This document shows positions 1 through 10,422 of a stretch of DNA of 64,000 bases, piece after piece. The notes under the pieces were generated by a model. That model did no database searches. It had not been told where the DNA came from and was given only the letters and a program-made list of their open reading frames with translations. The stretch spans positions 524 to 64,523 of the forward strand of contig CAMMVQ010000003.1 of assembly GCA_946500425.1 (NCBI GenBank), in the 5' to 3' direction. The DNA is from an uncultured Mollicutes bacterium. GTDB taxonomy: Bacteria > Bacillota_I > Bacilli_A > RF39 > UBA660. How positions within the stretch are numbered: the first letter of the stretch is position 1; each line of letters starts with the position of its first letter. The position numbers were made by a program, and so were the translations under genes.

Positions 1-60
1 GTTATGATGAAAATACTGATTTTTTATCATTTAACCCTAAAAATACTACATTATATGAAT

Positions 61-912
61 ATGACTACGAATAAAATAAAGAAAGTTGATATATTTGGCA
101 CTTGTTACACAAGAGAGTTATTCAATACTACTGCAGAATATCAAGTAAATACCTATTTAATGCAACAATCTATATTTACTATGTTTTCGAAACCGTTAAA
201 TATAGGAATTGAAGATGCAATAAGTCATGACAATTTTAATTTTAAAAAAAGAATGATTTATTATGAATTTAATAAAATGGGCCTAAATAGATTGTTGGAT
301 AAATCGGCTGATTATTTAATAATAGACTTATCAGATGGTGCACGTGATATATTTGAATTTAACGAACCATTAGGAGTAAAAATAGTAGATACTCACGATA
401 TAGAGTTGACTTTAAAATGTCTTAAGAAAAAAGAAAAGTATAAAAATATGTCTATGAAATGTTTCGATGTAAGAAATTATTCCGATGATGAAATAAAAAT
501 ATATCTAAAAAGATTTATAGATGAGATATTGAAAAAATATAATCCAGAAAAAATAATCTTAAATAGGGTTCAAATGCAAAATATTTATTATGATAATAAT
601 GTAAGAAAAACTATAGATAATAGTTTCATTTATAGTAGGTATGATTTTATTAAAAGGTTAGAGGACATGTTTTTAAAATTACTTCCTAATTGTAAAGTGT
701 TATATACTAAATATGAACCTGTACTAGATATAAATCATAGATTTGGCGGACCTCATCCTATGCATTTTGAACATATGTATTATGAATATAGAATGAACGT
801 ATTAAATGCAATTATAAATGATGATAAAACATTTGATGAAATCAATAAAACATATAAAGACATGTACGAACAAACGATAAGTCAAGTAAAATCCAAAACA
901 ATTAAACTATAA
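61..912 (+). CDS. Hypothetical protein, possibly DUF6270-like; true start ambiguous (ATG 55 or 61 inside ORF 4..912)
   Basis: Long ORF at the window edge. The segment KKVDIFGTCYTRELF after Met-20 resembles the N-terminus of uncharacterised DUF6270-type proteins (memory only). A hairpin with a T-run follows the stop. Confidence 0.5.
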   Translation: MTTNKIKKVDIFGTCYTRELFNTTAEYQVNTYLMQQSIFTMFSKPLNIGIEDAISHDNFNFKKRMIYYEFNKMGLNRLLDKSADYLIIDLSDGARDIFEFNEPLGVKIVDTHDIELTLKCLKKKEKYKNMSMKCFDVRNYSDDEIKIYLKRFIDEILKKYNPEKIILNRVQMQNIYYDNNVRKTIDNSFIYSRYDFIKRLEDMFLKLLPNCKVLYTKYEPVLDINHRFGGPHPMHFEHMYYEYRMNVLNAIINDDKTFDEINKTYKDMYEQTISQVKSKTIKL

Positions 913-1067
913 AATAAAAATGTACAAGTTTTCCTACTTATACATTTTTATTTGCTTTTTTGATGAATAGACCATGAAAAAATTTTATAGTTATTTGCTT
1001 ATTAATATAAGTTGTATATTAATAAATGATATAATAAATATAATTATTCAAAACGGAGGGAAACATA

Positions 1068-1469
1068 ATGAAAACTGATATAATTTTAACGGGAATAATA
1101 AAAGATGGAGATTATTTATTAGCTGTAAAAAGAAGCGATGATGATGATTTCTATCCTGGTGCTTGGGAGTTCCCAGGTGGACATTTAGAAGATGGAGAAA
1201 GCATAAAACAGGGTTTAGCAAGAGAACTAGAAGAGGAAATAGGTTTTAAATTCGAATTTAATCCTATTATTACAAATTATAATGATGAGATAAAAAATAA
1301 GAATGGTAAAAAGATTCATAATATAGAAATGGATTTTATCATTAATGTAAATAAGAATAAATTAAATGTTATACTAAGTAATGAACATGCGGAATATAAA
1401 TGGGTCACTAAGGATTCTGATTTATTAGATGAATACATAAAAGCAAAGCTATCTAATTTAAAAGATTAG
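1068..1469 (+). CDS. NUDIX (MutT-like) hydrolase
   Basis: Nudix box GGHLEDGESIKQGLARELEEEIGF (GX5EX7REUXEEXGU). RBS GGAGGG lies 7 nt upstream of the ATG. Confidence 0.85.
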   Translation: MKTDIILTGIIKDGDYLLAVKRSDDDDFYPGAWEFPGGHLEDGESIKQGLARELEEEIGFKFEFNPIITNYNDEIKNKNGKKIHNIEMDFIINVNKNKLNVILSNEHAEYKWVTKDSDLLDEYIKAKLSNLKD

Positions 1470-1499
1470 CTTTGCTTTTGCTATTTAATTTATATAATA

Positions 1500-1766
1500 C
1501 TAATTTTCATCATGATTTTCTATGTTCATTAAATATTCATAATCTTTGAAAAAATCCCTGATATCAAAATTATATTTTTGAGCAATATAAAATAGAGTGT
1601 CTAAAGAAACTCCAGTATCAACGTTTGGACTTTCTATTTGAGATATAAAACTTCTGCTCATATTACAGTCCTCAGCTAATTTTTCTTGAGAACATTTTAT
1701 AATATTTTTTCTAATGTACTTAAAATTTTTACCAATTAAACTAAATAGTTCATAAGAATTTTTCAT
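1500..1766 (-). CDS. XRE-family helix-turn-helix transcriptional regulator (88 aa)
   Basis: HTH_3-like segment SQEKLAEDCNMSRSFISQIE. RBS AGGTGA precedes the ATG. Confidence 0.8.
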   Translation of the reverse strand: MKNSYELFSLIGKNFKYIRKNIIKCSQEKLAEDCNMSRSFISQIESPNVDTGVSLDTLFYIAQKYNFDIRDFFKDYEYLMNIENHDEN

Positions 1767-1800
1767 ACTTCTTCACCTATTAATATTTTATAGTAAACAC

Positions 1801-1831
1801 AAAGCAAAAACCGCTCGTGCATAGCGAGCGG
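1801..1831 (-). terminator. Minus-strand intrinsic terminator-like hairpin in the leader region of the XRE gene
   Basis: Stem CCGCTCG (1811-1817) pairs with CGAGCGG (1825-1831). On the minus strand it is followed by TTTTTGCTTT. Confidence 0.5.
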
Positions 1832-1856
1832 AAAGGCTTTAAAATTAAAAAGTGTA

Positions 1857-1865
1857 TGATATAAT
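1857..1865 (+). promoter_or_regulatory. Extended -10 promoter element TGaTATAAT with no annotated gene downstream
   Basis: TGATATAAT at 1857-1865. The -35 is weak (CTTTAA). Confidence 0.4.
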
Positions 1866-1985
1866 AAAAGTGAAGATAAATGGGCGTCAAAAGTCATCAA
1901 GACTTGAATTATATGTGAATTATAATCTTTTGCGTTTTGAACAATGATAATGATGTGGCACAAGCTAAGTTAAAAGAAAATAAAA

Positions 1986-2021
1986 GGATTAACATTTAAT
2001 TATAAAGTGTTAATCTTTTTT
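1986..2021 (+). terminator. Intrinsic terminator (also T-rich on the opposite strand)
   Basis: Stem GATTAACA/TGTTAATC with a 13-nt loop, followed by TTTTTT. Confidence 0.6.
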
Positions 2022-2046
2022 ATTTTTTATATTTATTGTAATACTG

Positions 2047-2075
2047 TTGACTAATATATTTAATCGCGTTATAAT
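2047..2075 (+). promoter_or_regulatory. Sigma-A type promoter for the 2103 gene
   Basis: TTGACT (2047-2052), 17-nt spacer, TATAAT (2070-2075). Confidence 0.65.
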
Positions 2076-2102
2076 AAAGTCTCTAATTTGGGGAGTGGTA
2101 TT

Positions 2103-2852
2103 ATGAAGGTTAGAGACATAAAGAAAATAATTGAAAACTATGGTAAAAAATTAGATAACGTATACGCGACTTACATGGATATTCGCCATAATGAGATAGT
2201 AAAAAGAGAATTACAAGAAGCTAGAAATAATTATAAAACCGCGGTTATGGCATGTATAGATTATGATTTTATGATTGAAAACTTCGGAAAAGAAGAAGCC
2301 GTTTTGTTAATAGAAGACCAATTAATTGCCCTGGCAGATGATTTTAAGACATTAAAAGAAAGTTTGGTTTTAGATGATAATACTTCACTTGAAGAAATTA
2401 ATCATAAGATAAGTATCGTACGTAACCGTCTTCTTGTATATTCAATGATGGTTAACATCATAAAGGAACTTTCAGAACAAGAATTACAAAAATTTCATGA
2501 TTATGTAGGAAAACTAAATGATAAGATTTTAGCCGATCATCAAAAACTCGAGGAAGAAAAAGCTGATAAAATTTACAAAAAAATTCATGATGAAATTACA
2601 AGGTCCCATAATATTCATGACGATGATAAATTAAGCACTTATAGAGTTGCACTTTTAGATGGATTTAAACACAAGCGAAGCGATTATTATGGTGGCACTT
2701 TTGATACTAAGACTATGGCGGATTTTAGTGGAGAATACGTTGATAAAGATTTGTATGAAGAAATTATGGGAGATACATATTTATTGTCATTAGAAAAAAT
2801 TAATTCACTTTATGCTTTATCGCATAATAAAGGTGTTAAAAGAACTAAATAA
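2103..2852 (+). CDS. Hypothetical protein (249 aa, predicted helical / coiled-coil)
   Basis: ORF 2088..2852. ATG 2103 follows RBS GGGGAG. No recognisable motif. Confidence 0.6.
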   Translation: MKVRDIKKIIENYGKKLDNVYATYMDIRHNEIVKRELQEARNNYKTAVMACIDYDFMIENFGKEEAVLLIEDQLIALADDFKTLKESLVLDDNTSLEEINHKISIVRNRLLVYSMMVNIIKELSEQELQKFHDYVGKLNDKILADHQKLEEEKADKIYKKIHDEITRSHNIHDDDKLSTYRVALLDGFKHKRSDYYGGTFDTKTMADFSGEYVDKDLYEEIMGDTYLLSLEKINSLYALSHNKGVKRTK

Positions 2853-2909
2853 ATAGTTCTTTTTATTTTTTGTTTTTGTTATAATGTTTATAGGTTAGAA
2901 GGTGATAAA

Positions 2910-5741
2910 ATGATAAGATTTATAAAACAAGATGAAGTAGAACAAAACGTAAAAGAGGAAAGTATTATTATCGTTCCTTCCTGCCTTGAATATTATTATA
3001 AAAATAAATATTATGAAAAGAATTTTAGCATTTATAGTATTAATAAGTTTGTTTTGAAAAATTATAACGAAAGAAAAAAAATGGTAAATGAAAAAGAAGC
3101 TTTTGTTATTATGCATCAAGCTTTTTTAAAGTGTAAAAATAATCTTTTAAAATATAAAGAAGTTGAAAACCTTGACTTCATAAAAGATTTGCTAGAAACA
3201 TATAAAGTTTTTTATGAATTTGATTTCGTTAGTAATAATAAGGTGCACGATTTAAAAATAATTTATGAGGAATATGAAAAGTTACTTGCTTGTTATGAAT
3301 TAATAAGTGAGAGCTTGCTAATTAAAAGCGTAATTAAAAATGGTTATTTTAATGGAAAATACGTTTTCTTGGGATTGGAAAACCTTACTTCGCTTCAGAT
3401 AGAATTAATGAAAAAGATAGCTGAAGAAAATGAGGTTGTTATTTATTATGATGGCTATGATGAAAGGTTAATTAAAAAGATAGATGCTAATTATAAGTTA
3501 GATAATAACCTTCCTTCAAATGATGCTTTAGTTTATGCTTTAAATGATACCGAAGATGAGGTTTGCTTCGTTTTGAACGACATATCTAAGAAGGTTTTAG
3601 AAGGTGCGAAATACCATGAATTTGCCATCGTTTGTCCTAACGCTGATACTTATGAACCATACGTTGAAATGATATTTAACGTTCCTTATTCCAAAAAGAA
3701 TGTAACTGGGCTTTTAACTTATAGGTTCATAAACGTTTTAAAAAATATTTTAAAAGGAGACTTTTCTAACCAAAACTTTCTTAATCTTCTTAAACTAGAT
3801 ATTTTTGGGGTTTCAAAGGAAGTTATTAACCAAATTGATAATTATGTTTATACCTGGAACTTAGAAAAGGAAAGTTTTTACTTACCGTTTACTAAGACGT
3901 GCAAAAACGTTAACTTGAAACTGGTTAATAACGCTAAAGATGAAGTGATAAATCAAATTAAGTACTTTTTAGAAAACGTTTTAAATGTAAGAAGCGCAAA
4001 AGCAATAGCAAAAGAGTTTTGGACTTACTTAGAACAGGCACAAATTGATGAGACTTTATTTAAACTTGACAAAGATGGTTATAATCTTTTAGTATCATCG
4101 TTAGAATGCATAAATGACTATGTAAATGAGATTGACTTAGATGAGTTTTTTGAGGTTTTATCAAAGCTAGTTAGTCCCGTTAAAAAGACTAGTTATAAAA
4201 GTGACGAAGTTATGTTGTGCAATATAAGTGAAGGCAGTTATTTGGGGAAAAATTACGTTTATTTTTTGGGGGCCAGTGAAGATAATTTTCCAGGAAAACT
4301 TTCCTTGGCACCTTTAATTAATGATGCGGACTTAAAAGAATCATCATTAGTTAATTTGACTTGGGATTTTTCATCTAATAGGCTTTCTTGCTATTTAAGA
4401 CTTTTACAAAATAAGAACCTTGTTATTACTTATCCTAAGTTATCGTTAGATTTGAAGTTAACAACTTTATCCAGCTTGGTTAAAGGTAACGTTAAAACGG
4501 ATGCTGGTAGTAAGTTTTATAATAAAAAGTTAATGGGGCTTAATTATGCTCTTAAGCTATCAGCTAATGATGTTTACGAAGAAAACGCCAATGAAGATGA
4601 AATAAGGCGGGTTAATCTATTACAGCACCGTGATTTAAACCTTAATATTACTAAACAAAACGCCTTAGGACTTTATTCAAGTAGTATTAATATAAGTCCA
4701 AGCAGCATAGAAGTTTATGCTAAATGTCCATTTTATTTTTATTGTCAGTACGGACTTAAATTAAACGTAAAAGAAAAAAACTCTTTTGATAACCGTGAGA
4801 TAGGAAGTTTGGTTCACTTTGTTTTAGAACAAGTAATAACTAATGATTATGATAGTATTAACTTTTCTAATTTGGAAGAGAAAATAAAAAATTACGCATT
4901 AAAATATTTAGAACTTAATGATAAGATAATTAATAATACGGTTATGTATATAATTAAATTACTATCTAAAAATGTTGTCATGATTATTAAGAACATGTTA
5001 AAAGAAAAAGAAATAACTGGTTTTAGACCTAAGTATACTGAGTTTAAGATAACAGATGAAGCATTAATAAAACCGGTTGTAGTTAAACTCAACGAAGGAA
5101 TACTTAAATTATCTGGAATAGTTGATAGAATTGATACTTTTGAAGATGAAAATTATGTTTATTACCGGGTAATTGATTACAAAACCGGAGGTAAGAAACT
5201 TAGGTTAGATGATTGCTTGGAAGGGCTAAACTTACAAATGCTTTTATATTTGATGGCCATAAAACAAAGTATGCCAAACGCCGTTTTATCCGGGGTATTG
5301 TATTATCCAGCCTTGGTAAAAGAGCAAAGTGTAAGTAGGGCACTAAACCACGAAGAACTAGATAAAAGCGTTCAAGAAAGGTTGGTTATGGACGGCATTA
5401 TAAACGCTAATGAAAAGGTTTTAGAAGCCATGGGAAGCGAAGCGTTGGGAGGTTTTATTGACGTCGTTTCAAGAGGAAAATTAAACGCTGAAAAGTTGTT
5501 TACTGATGGTGATTTAGATGATTTGTTTGCTGCCATAAAAGTAGAACTTAAGAAAATGGGAAACGAAATATTAGCTGGTAACATTAACGTAAGCCCCGTT
5601 GTAGGGCGGGTTAACGCCTGTGATTTTTGTAAGTTTAGTAGCATTTGCACGTTTGATAAAGAAAGAAACAAAGCAAGAAGACTTAAAAATTATAAAAATA
5701 GTGAAGTGTTTGAAATGTTAGGGGGTGATAAAAATGCCTAG
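2910..5741 (+). CDS. rexB: ATP-dependent helicase/nuclease subunit B (AddB/RexB type)
   Basis: C-terminal RecB-like nuclease (VIDYKTG) flanked by four Cys (CPFYFYC ... CDFCKFSSIC), as in the AddB Fe-S cluster. It overlaps the downstream addA. No Walker A is visible in the N-terminus, so it is RexB-like. Confidence 0.85.
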   Translation: MIRFIKQDEVEQNVKEESIIIVPSCLEYYYKNKYYEKNFSIYSINKFVLKNYNERKKMVNEKEAFVIMHQAFLKCKNNLLKYKEVENLDFIKDLLETYKVFYEFDFVSNNKVHDLKIIYEEYEKLLACYELISESLLIKSVIKNGYFNGKYVFLGLENLTSLQIELMKKIAEENEVVIYYDGYDERLIKKIDANYKLDNNLPSNDALVYALNDTEDEVCFVLNDISKKVLEGAKYHEFAIVCPNADTYEPYVEMIFNVPYSKKNVTGLLTYRFINVLKNILKGDFSNQNFLNLLKLDIFGVSKEVINQIDNYVYTWNLEKESFYLPFTKTCKNVNLKLVNNAKDEVINQIKYFLENVLNVRSAKAIAKEFWTYLEQAQIDETLFKLDKDGYNLLVSSLECINDYVNEIDLDEFFEVLSKLVSPVKKTSYKSDEVMLCNISEGSYLGKNYVYFLGASEDNFPGKLSLAPLINDADLKESSLVNLTWDFSSNRLSCYLRLLQNKNLVITYPKLSLDLKLTTLSSLVKGNVKTDAGSKFYNKKLMGLNYALKLSANDVYEENANEDEIRRVNLLQHRDLNLNITKQNALGLYSSSINISPSSIEVYAKCPFYFYCQYGLKLNVKEKNSFDNREIGSLVHFVLEQVITNDYDSINFSNLEEKIKNYALKYLELNDKIINNTVMYIIKLLSKNVVMIIKNMLKEKEITGFRPKYTEFKITDEALIKPVVVKLNEGILKLSGIVDRIDTFEDENYVYYRVIDYKTGGKKLRLDDCLEGLNLQMLLYLMAIKQSMPNAVLSGVLYYPALVKEQSVSRALNHEELDKSVQERLVMDGIINANEKVLEAMGSEALGGFIDVVSRGKLNAEKLFTDGDLDDLFAAIKVELKKMGNEILAGNINVSPVVGRVNACDFCKFSSICTFDKERNKARRLKNYKNSEVFEMLGGDKNA

Positions 5742-8700
5742 TTGGACAAAAGATCAAAAACTTGCCATAGAAACTAACGGTGGTAAGATAATCGTTAGTG
5801 CGGCAGCTGGTTCGGGCAAAACGGCCGTTTTATCAGAAAGAGTAATTAATTACGTTCTAAAGGGTGGGAGTATAAAAAAACTTTTAATTGTTACCTTTAC
5901 CGCGGCCGCAGCAGCTGAGATGAAAGGAAGAATAAAAGAAAAAATAGCTAGTGCATCAAGAGATAACCCTAATGATGAAAGGCTAAAAAAGGAACTTTTA
6001 TTATCAGAAACCGCGAAGATAACCACGATGGATGCTTTTTATGCGGAACTTGTTAAAAATAACTTTGAAAAATTAGGAATCAATCGTAACTTTAGCGTGT
6101 TAAGTAGTGAAGAAGAAAGAATAATATCAGACATGGTATTAAAAGAAGTTTTAGAAGAAGCTTTTTTAGCGGTTCCTGGTTATGATAAAGCCCTAACTTT
6201 TTTTGGGGCTAGTAACACGGATTTAATTAAAGAACTGGTTCTAAAGGTTGCGTCCTTTTTAGAGACTTTACCATTTAAGGATGAGTTTATTAAGTTTGCC
6301 ATAGAGCGTTATGATGTTAGTAACCAGTGCTATAAGGATTTGATTCTTAAACAAATCCGTGACAAGATGAAACAGTATGATAAATTGTACCAACTGATGA
6401 TTCAAGAGTTTTCTTTAAGTGATGTTTTTGATAAGGTGATCGAAACGGTAAGAAAAGAAAAAAACTTCATTAATGCTTTTTTAACCATTAAAAATTTTGA
6501 TGATTTATCAAGTCGTTTAAGAAGCATTAGCTTTGACACCTTAAGAACGCCAAAGGGACATAAGGATGATTCTTCGGTTGCTAAGTATAAAATAATTCGT
6601 GATGATTTAAAAAATGAAATAAATAAAAACATGCACGAGCTTATGTTCTTTAACGATGAATGGTATCAAAAAGAGCAAGCTTTATGCAAGGAAAATTTGG
6701 CATGTTTATTTTTGGTTGTAAACTTATATTTAGAAAGGCTCATGGAAGAAAAGCGAAGAATCAATTCTTTTAGTTTTAGCGATGTTGCTCACTTCGTCAT
6801 TGAACTGTTGATTAAGAACAATAAAAAAACTGCTTTGGCTAAAGAGATTAGTTTGACTTTTGACGAAATATTAATTGATGAATACCAAGATACCAATAAC
6901 TTACAAAACGTTATTTTTAGTGCCATTTCAAAAGATGATGGTAACTTGTTTATCGTAGGGGACGTAAAACAAAGTATTTATCGTTTTAGAAGTGCTTGTC
7001 CAGAAATCTTTAATAATGATAAAATGCTAGCTAGTAAAGATGGTTTTCCAAGACTAATTAGTCTTGCTAAAAACTTTCGTAGTAGAAAAGAAGTACTTGA
7101 TTTTTGTAACTTTATTTTTGAAAACACGATGACAAGTACGTTTGGAGAGGTGGAATATAATGACCTTGAACGTTTATATTTAGGGGCGAGTTTTGAGGTT
7201 GGAAAAGACCTTGATACCGAAGTTCACTTAATTGATGGAATGGAAAAGTATGAGGGTGATGAAGAAGATATCACGAAAGTTCAAAAAGAGGCTACTTACG
7301 TTGCCCAAAGAATTAAATTAATGCTTGATAAGAAAACTAAAGTTTATGATAATAAGCGTAATTCATGGCGTGATATTAAACCTTCGGACATAGTAATACT
7401 ATTAAGGTCACTTAAGGATAGTGATGCTTTTATAAAAGCGTTAAACAAAAAAGGAGTTAGTGTTTACTGCGAAAGCACTAAAGCTTACTTTGATAATTAT
7501 GAAATAAAACTAATAATTAACACGCTTAAGGTGATTGATAACCCTACGGATGACGTAGCTTTGTTAAGTGTTTTAACGTCACCTTTCTTTGGGGTTAGTC
7601 AAGATGATGTTGCGTTTTTAAGAAAAGAAAACAAACAATTGAGTCTTTATGATAACATTCTAAGGTCAAATGATTCGTCCTTAAAAACTTACTTAGATAA
7701 AATTAATGATTTAAGATGCTACGGACTTAATCACCCTTTAAGTGAACTTTTAAATAGGACTTATGCTTTATTTGATGCTTTACTTGTTGTATCGGCACTT
7801 CCTGATGGTAAAAAAAGACAAAAAAACTTAGTCCAAATGATTAACCACGCGGTTAACTTTGAACGTGATGGCGCTAAAAGTTTACATGAGTTTACTAATT
7901 ACTTAGAGTCTTTAATCATTAATAAAGATTCTTTACAAGGGGTAAATCCTTTATCGGAAGGTGATAACGTTCTTATTACGACCATACATAAGTCTAAGGG
8001 ATTAGAGTATCCGTTCGTGTTTCTGTGTCAAACCGGTAAGAACTTTAATTTTGCTGACGTAAGAAGTAGTTTTATGATAAACCAAGATTTAGGCATTGCA
8101 TTTCCGATTAGACGGGATGATTACAAAGTTAGGTATGACTCAATTCCTATGATGTTATTTAGGGATTATGAGAAAAATAAAATGCTTTCTGAGGAACTTC
8201 GCGTTCTTTACGTTGCGTTAACCAGAGCTAAAGAAAAAATAATAATTACTGGTTACGCTGATAATCTTTCTTCATTGGTTTTAAAGGCCGCTTCTAAAAT
8301 GGGAGATGACAAAGTTGTTTCAAATCTTTATTTGAAGTCTTGTAAAAGTTATTTGGACATATTGATTCCTTGCGTTTTAAGACATCCTAAAGCAAAACCC
8401 TTAAGAGACTTATCAAGTGTATGTGTTAAAACTTTTGCAACGGAAGCTAAATTAAGTTTGGTAATAAAAGATAATCGAGAAATTAATAGCAGTTACTTTG
8501 ATGAAGAAGACAAAAGAGAAATGAAAAATTATGATTTTAGTACGTTAGAAAAAATAAATAATCTTAATTATAATGATTCGTTAACGGAGGTGCCAGTTTC
8601 TCTAAGCGTAAGTGATTTAAAGGAAAATAAAGCGTACTTTAAAAAGCCTAATTTTATGTTGGATGGTGTAGACCACGCAAAGTTAGGTACTTTGTATCAT

Positions 8701-9168
8701 TTAATACTAGAACTTCTTCCGGTAAAAAAATATACCATAAGTTCGTTACAAACAGAGTTAGATAACATGGTTATAAAAAATAAGATTACTAGTGAAGAAA
8801 GAAAAATAATAAAACTAGATAAAATATTAGCATTTTTAACAAGTGATATTTATGATGTGGTTTTAGAAGCGAGTGAGGTTTACAAAGAACGTGAAATAAC
8901 TTTTAAATTACCCGCTAATTATTATGATAAAAGTTTAAAAAGTGGTAAAATATTAGTTGATGGAATAATGGATTTATTATTTATAAAAGATGGTACTTAT
9001 TACATAGTAGATTATAAAACTGATAACGTTTTAGAATTGGAAGAACTAAAAAGTCGTTACCAAACGCAACTTGATTTATACGCCCTTGGTCTTAAGGAAA
9101 TAATGAATGCTAAAAGTATAAAAAAATTCATATATTCTATAAAGTTAAATAAATTTATTGAACTTTAG
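5734..9168 (+). CDS. addA: ATP-dependent helicase/nuclease subunit A (AddA/RexA)
   Basis: UvrD-type motifs AAAGSGKT and DEYQDTN, plus C-terminal nuclease IVDYKTD. RBS GGGGGTGA precedes ATG 5734; the ORF track begins at in-frame GTG 5725. Confidence 0.9.
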   Translation: MPSWTKDQKLAIETNGGKIIVSAAAGSGKTAVLSERVINYVLKGGSIKKLLIVTFTAAAAAEMKGRIKEKIASASRDNPNDERLKKELLLSETAKITTMDAFYAELVKNNFEKLGINRNFSVLSSEEERIISDMVLKEVLEEAFLAVPGYDKALTFFGASNTDLIKELVLKVASFLETLPFKDEFIKFAIERYDVSNQCYKDLILKQIRDKMKQYDKLYQLMIQEFSLSDVFDKVIETVRKEKNFINAFLTIKNFDDLSSRLRSISFDTLRTPKGHKDDSSVAKYKIIRDDLKNEINKNMHELMFFNDEWYQKEQALCKENLACLFLVVNLYLERLMEEKRRINSFSFSDVAHFVIELLIKNNKKTALAKEISLTFDEILIDEYQDTNNLQNVIFSAISKDDGNLFIVGDVKQSIYRFRSACPEIFNNDKMLASKDGFPRLISLAKNFRSRKEVLDFCNFIFENTMTSTFGEVEYNDLERLYLGASFEVGKDLDTEVHLIDGMEKYEGDEEDITKVQKEATYVAQRIKLMLDKKTKVYDNKRNSWRDIKPSDIVILLRSLKDSDAFIKALNKKGVSVYCESTKAYFDNYEIKLIINTLKVIDNPTDDVALLSVLTSPFFGVSQDDVAFLRKENKQLSLYDNILRSNDSSLKTYLDKINDLRCYGLNHPLSELLNRTYALFDALLVVSALPDGKKRQKNLVQMINHAVNFERDGAKSLHEFTNYLESLIINKDSLQGVNPLSEGDNVLITTIHKSKGLEYPFVFLCQTGKNFNFADVRSSFMINQDLGIAFPIRRDDYKVRYDSIPMMLFRDYEKNKMLSEELRVLYVALTRAKEKIIITGYADNLSSLVLKAASKMGDDKVVSNLYLKSCKSYLDILIPCVLRHPKAKPLRDLSSVCVKTFATEAKLSLVIKDNREINSSYFDEEDKREMKNYDFSTLEKINNLNYNDSLTEVPVSLSVSDLKENKAYFKKPNFMLDGVDHAKLGTLYHLILELLPVKKYTISSLQTELDNMVIKNKITSEERKIIKLDKILAFLTSDIYDVVLEASEVYKEREITFKLPANYYDKSLKSGKILVDGIMDLLFIKDGTYYIVDYKTDNVLELEELKSRYQTQLDLYALGLKEIMNAKSIKKFIYSIKLNKFIEL

Positions 9169-9183
9169 AAGGGAATGATATTA

Positions 9184-10422
9184 ATGAATAACAACATTTT
9201 TGATGCGATTGAAAAAGAAAAAAGAAGACAGCAAAGCACCATCGAACTTATTGCTTCTGAAAATTTTGTCTCAGAAAACGTGCTTAAAGCACAAGGAAGT
9301 GTTTTGACTAATAAGTACGCCGAAGGATACCCGGGCAAGAGGTATTATGGTGGGTGTGAGTTTGTTGATGAAGTAGAAAAAATTGCCATTGAAAACGCTA
9401 AAAAACTTTTTGGGGTAAAGTATGCAAACGTTCAGCCACACTCTGGTTCTTCGGCTAACATGGCGGTTTATCGTGCTTTATTAAAAAAGGGAGATAAAGT
9501 TCTTTCAATGTCTCTTGAGGCTGGGGGACATTTGACTCATGGCAGTAACATGAGCTTTAGTGGCATGGACTATAAGTTTATTCATTATGGTGTTGAAAAA
9601 GAAACTTGCCAGATTAATTATGACGAGGTAAGAAAACTAGCTTTGAAAGAAAAGCCAAAACTTATTGTTGCGGGAGCTTCAGCTTATTCTAGATCAATTG
9701 ATTTTGCGGAGTTCCGTGACATTGCTAAAGCATGTGGGGCTTATCTTATGGTAGATATGGCTCACATTGCGGGACTTGTTGCCGCTGGCCTTCACCAAAA
9801 TCCTTGCCGTTATGCTGACGTTGTCACCTCAACTACGCATAAGACTCTTCGCGGCCCAAGGGGTGGAATTATTTTAACTAATAATGAAGAGATAATTAAA
9901 AAAGTGGATAAGGCCGTTTTTCCTGGACTTCAAGGTGGGCCTTTAATGCACGTTATTGCCGCAAAAGCAGTGTGTTTGGCTGAGGCGATGAGTACGGATT
10001 TTATTAAGTATCAAAAACAAGTTGTAAAAAACGCTAAAGTACTATGCGATGTTTTAAAGATGTCTGGCTTTAAGATTGTTGCGGGCGGAACCGATAATCA
10101 CTTAATGTTAGTAGATGTTAAAAAGTCAGTTAACATGACGGGAAAAGAGGCTGAGAGTTTACTGGAGAGTATTGGTATAACTTGTAATAAAAACATGATA
10201 CCGTTTGACGTTACAACCCCTTACATAACGAGTGGCATAAGGCTTGGAACCGCAGCGATGACTACCAGAGGGTTTGATGAGAAAGATTTTTTGGAGGTTG
10301 GAAAAATAATTTCTTCTTGTCTTCATAGTTCTGATGACCCAAGGGTACTAGATGAACTTAAAAAAAGAGTGACTAAGCTTTGCGCTGAACATCCAATATA
10401 TGAGGAGGTTGTTTATGAATAA
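9184..10422 (+). CDS. glyA: Serine hydroxymethyltransferase
   Basis: LIASENF and the PLP-lysine motif [15 protein letters not shown] 9184 is better spaced from GAAGGGA than ATG 9175. Confidence 0.95.
   Translation: MNNNIFDAIEKEKRRQQSTIELIASENFVSENVLKAQGSVLTNKYAEGYPGKRYYGGCEFVDEVEKIAIENAKKLFGVKYANVQPHSGSSANMAVYRALLKKGDKVLSMSLEAGGHLTHGSNMSFSGMDYKFIHYGVEKETCQINYDEVRKLALKEKPKLIVAGASAYSRSIDFAEFRDIAKACGAYLMVDMAHIAGLVAAGLHQNPCRYADVVTSTTHKTLRGPRGGIILTNNEEIIKKVDKAVFPGLQGGPLMHVIAAKAVCLAEAMSTDFIKYQKQVVKNAKVLCDVLKMSGFKIVAGGTDNHLMLVDVKKSVNMTGKEAESLLESIGITCNKNMIPFDVTTPYITSGIRLGTAAMTTRGFDEKDFLEVGKIISSCLHSSDDPRVLDELKKRVTKLCAEHPIYEEVVYE

Noticed and set aside
1763-1963. 66-aa minus-strand ORF directly upstream of the XRE gene
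   Set aside because: It has no RBS and its composition looks non-coding. It runs through a terminator hairpin (1811-1831) and an opposite-strand promoter element. It is better explained as intergenic regulatory DNA.
2895-3119. 74-aa minus-strand ORF overlapping the addB/rexB start
   Set aside because: It is antisense to a well-supported gene. The sequence is Phe/Ile-rich and low-complexity, as expected from reading AT-rich coding DNA backwards, and it has no RBS.
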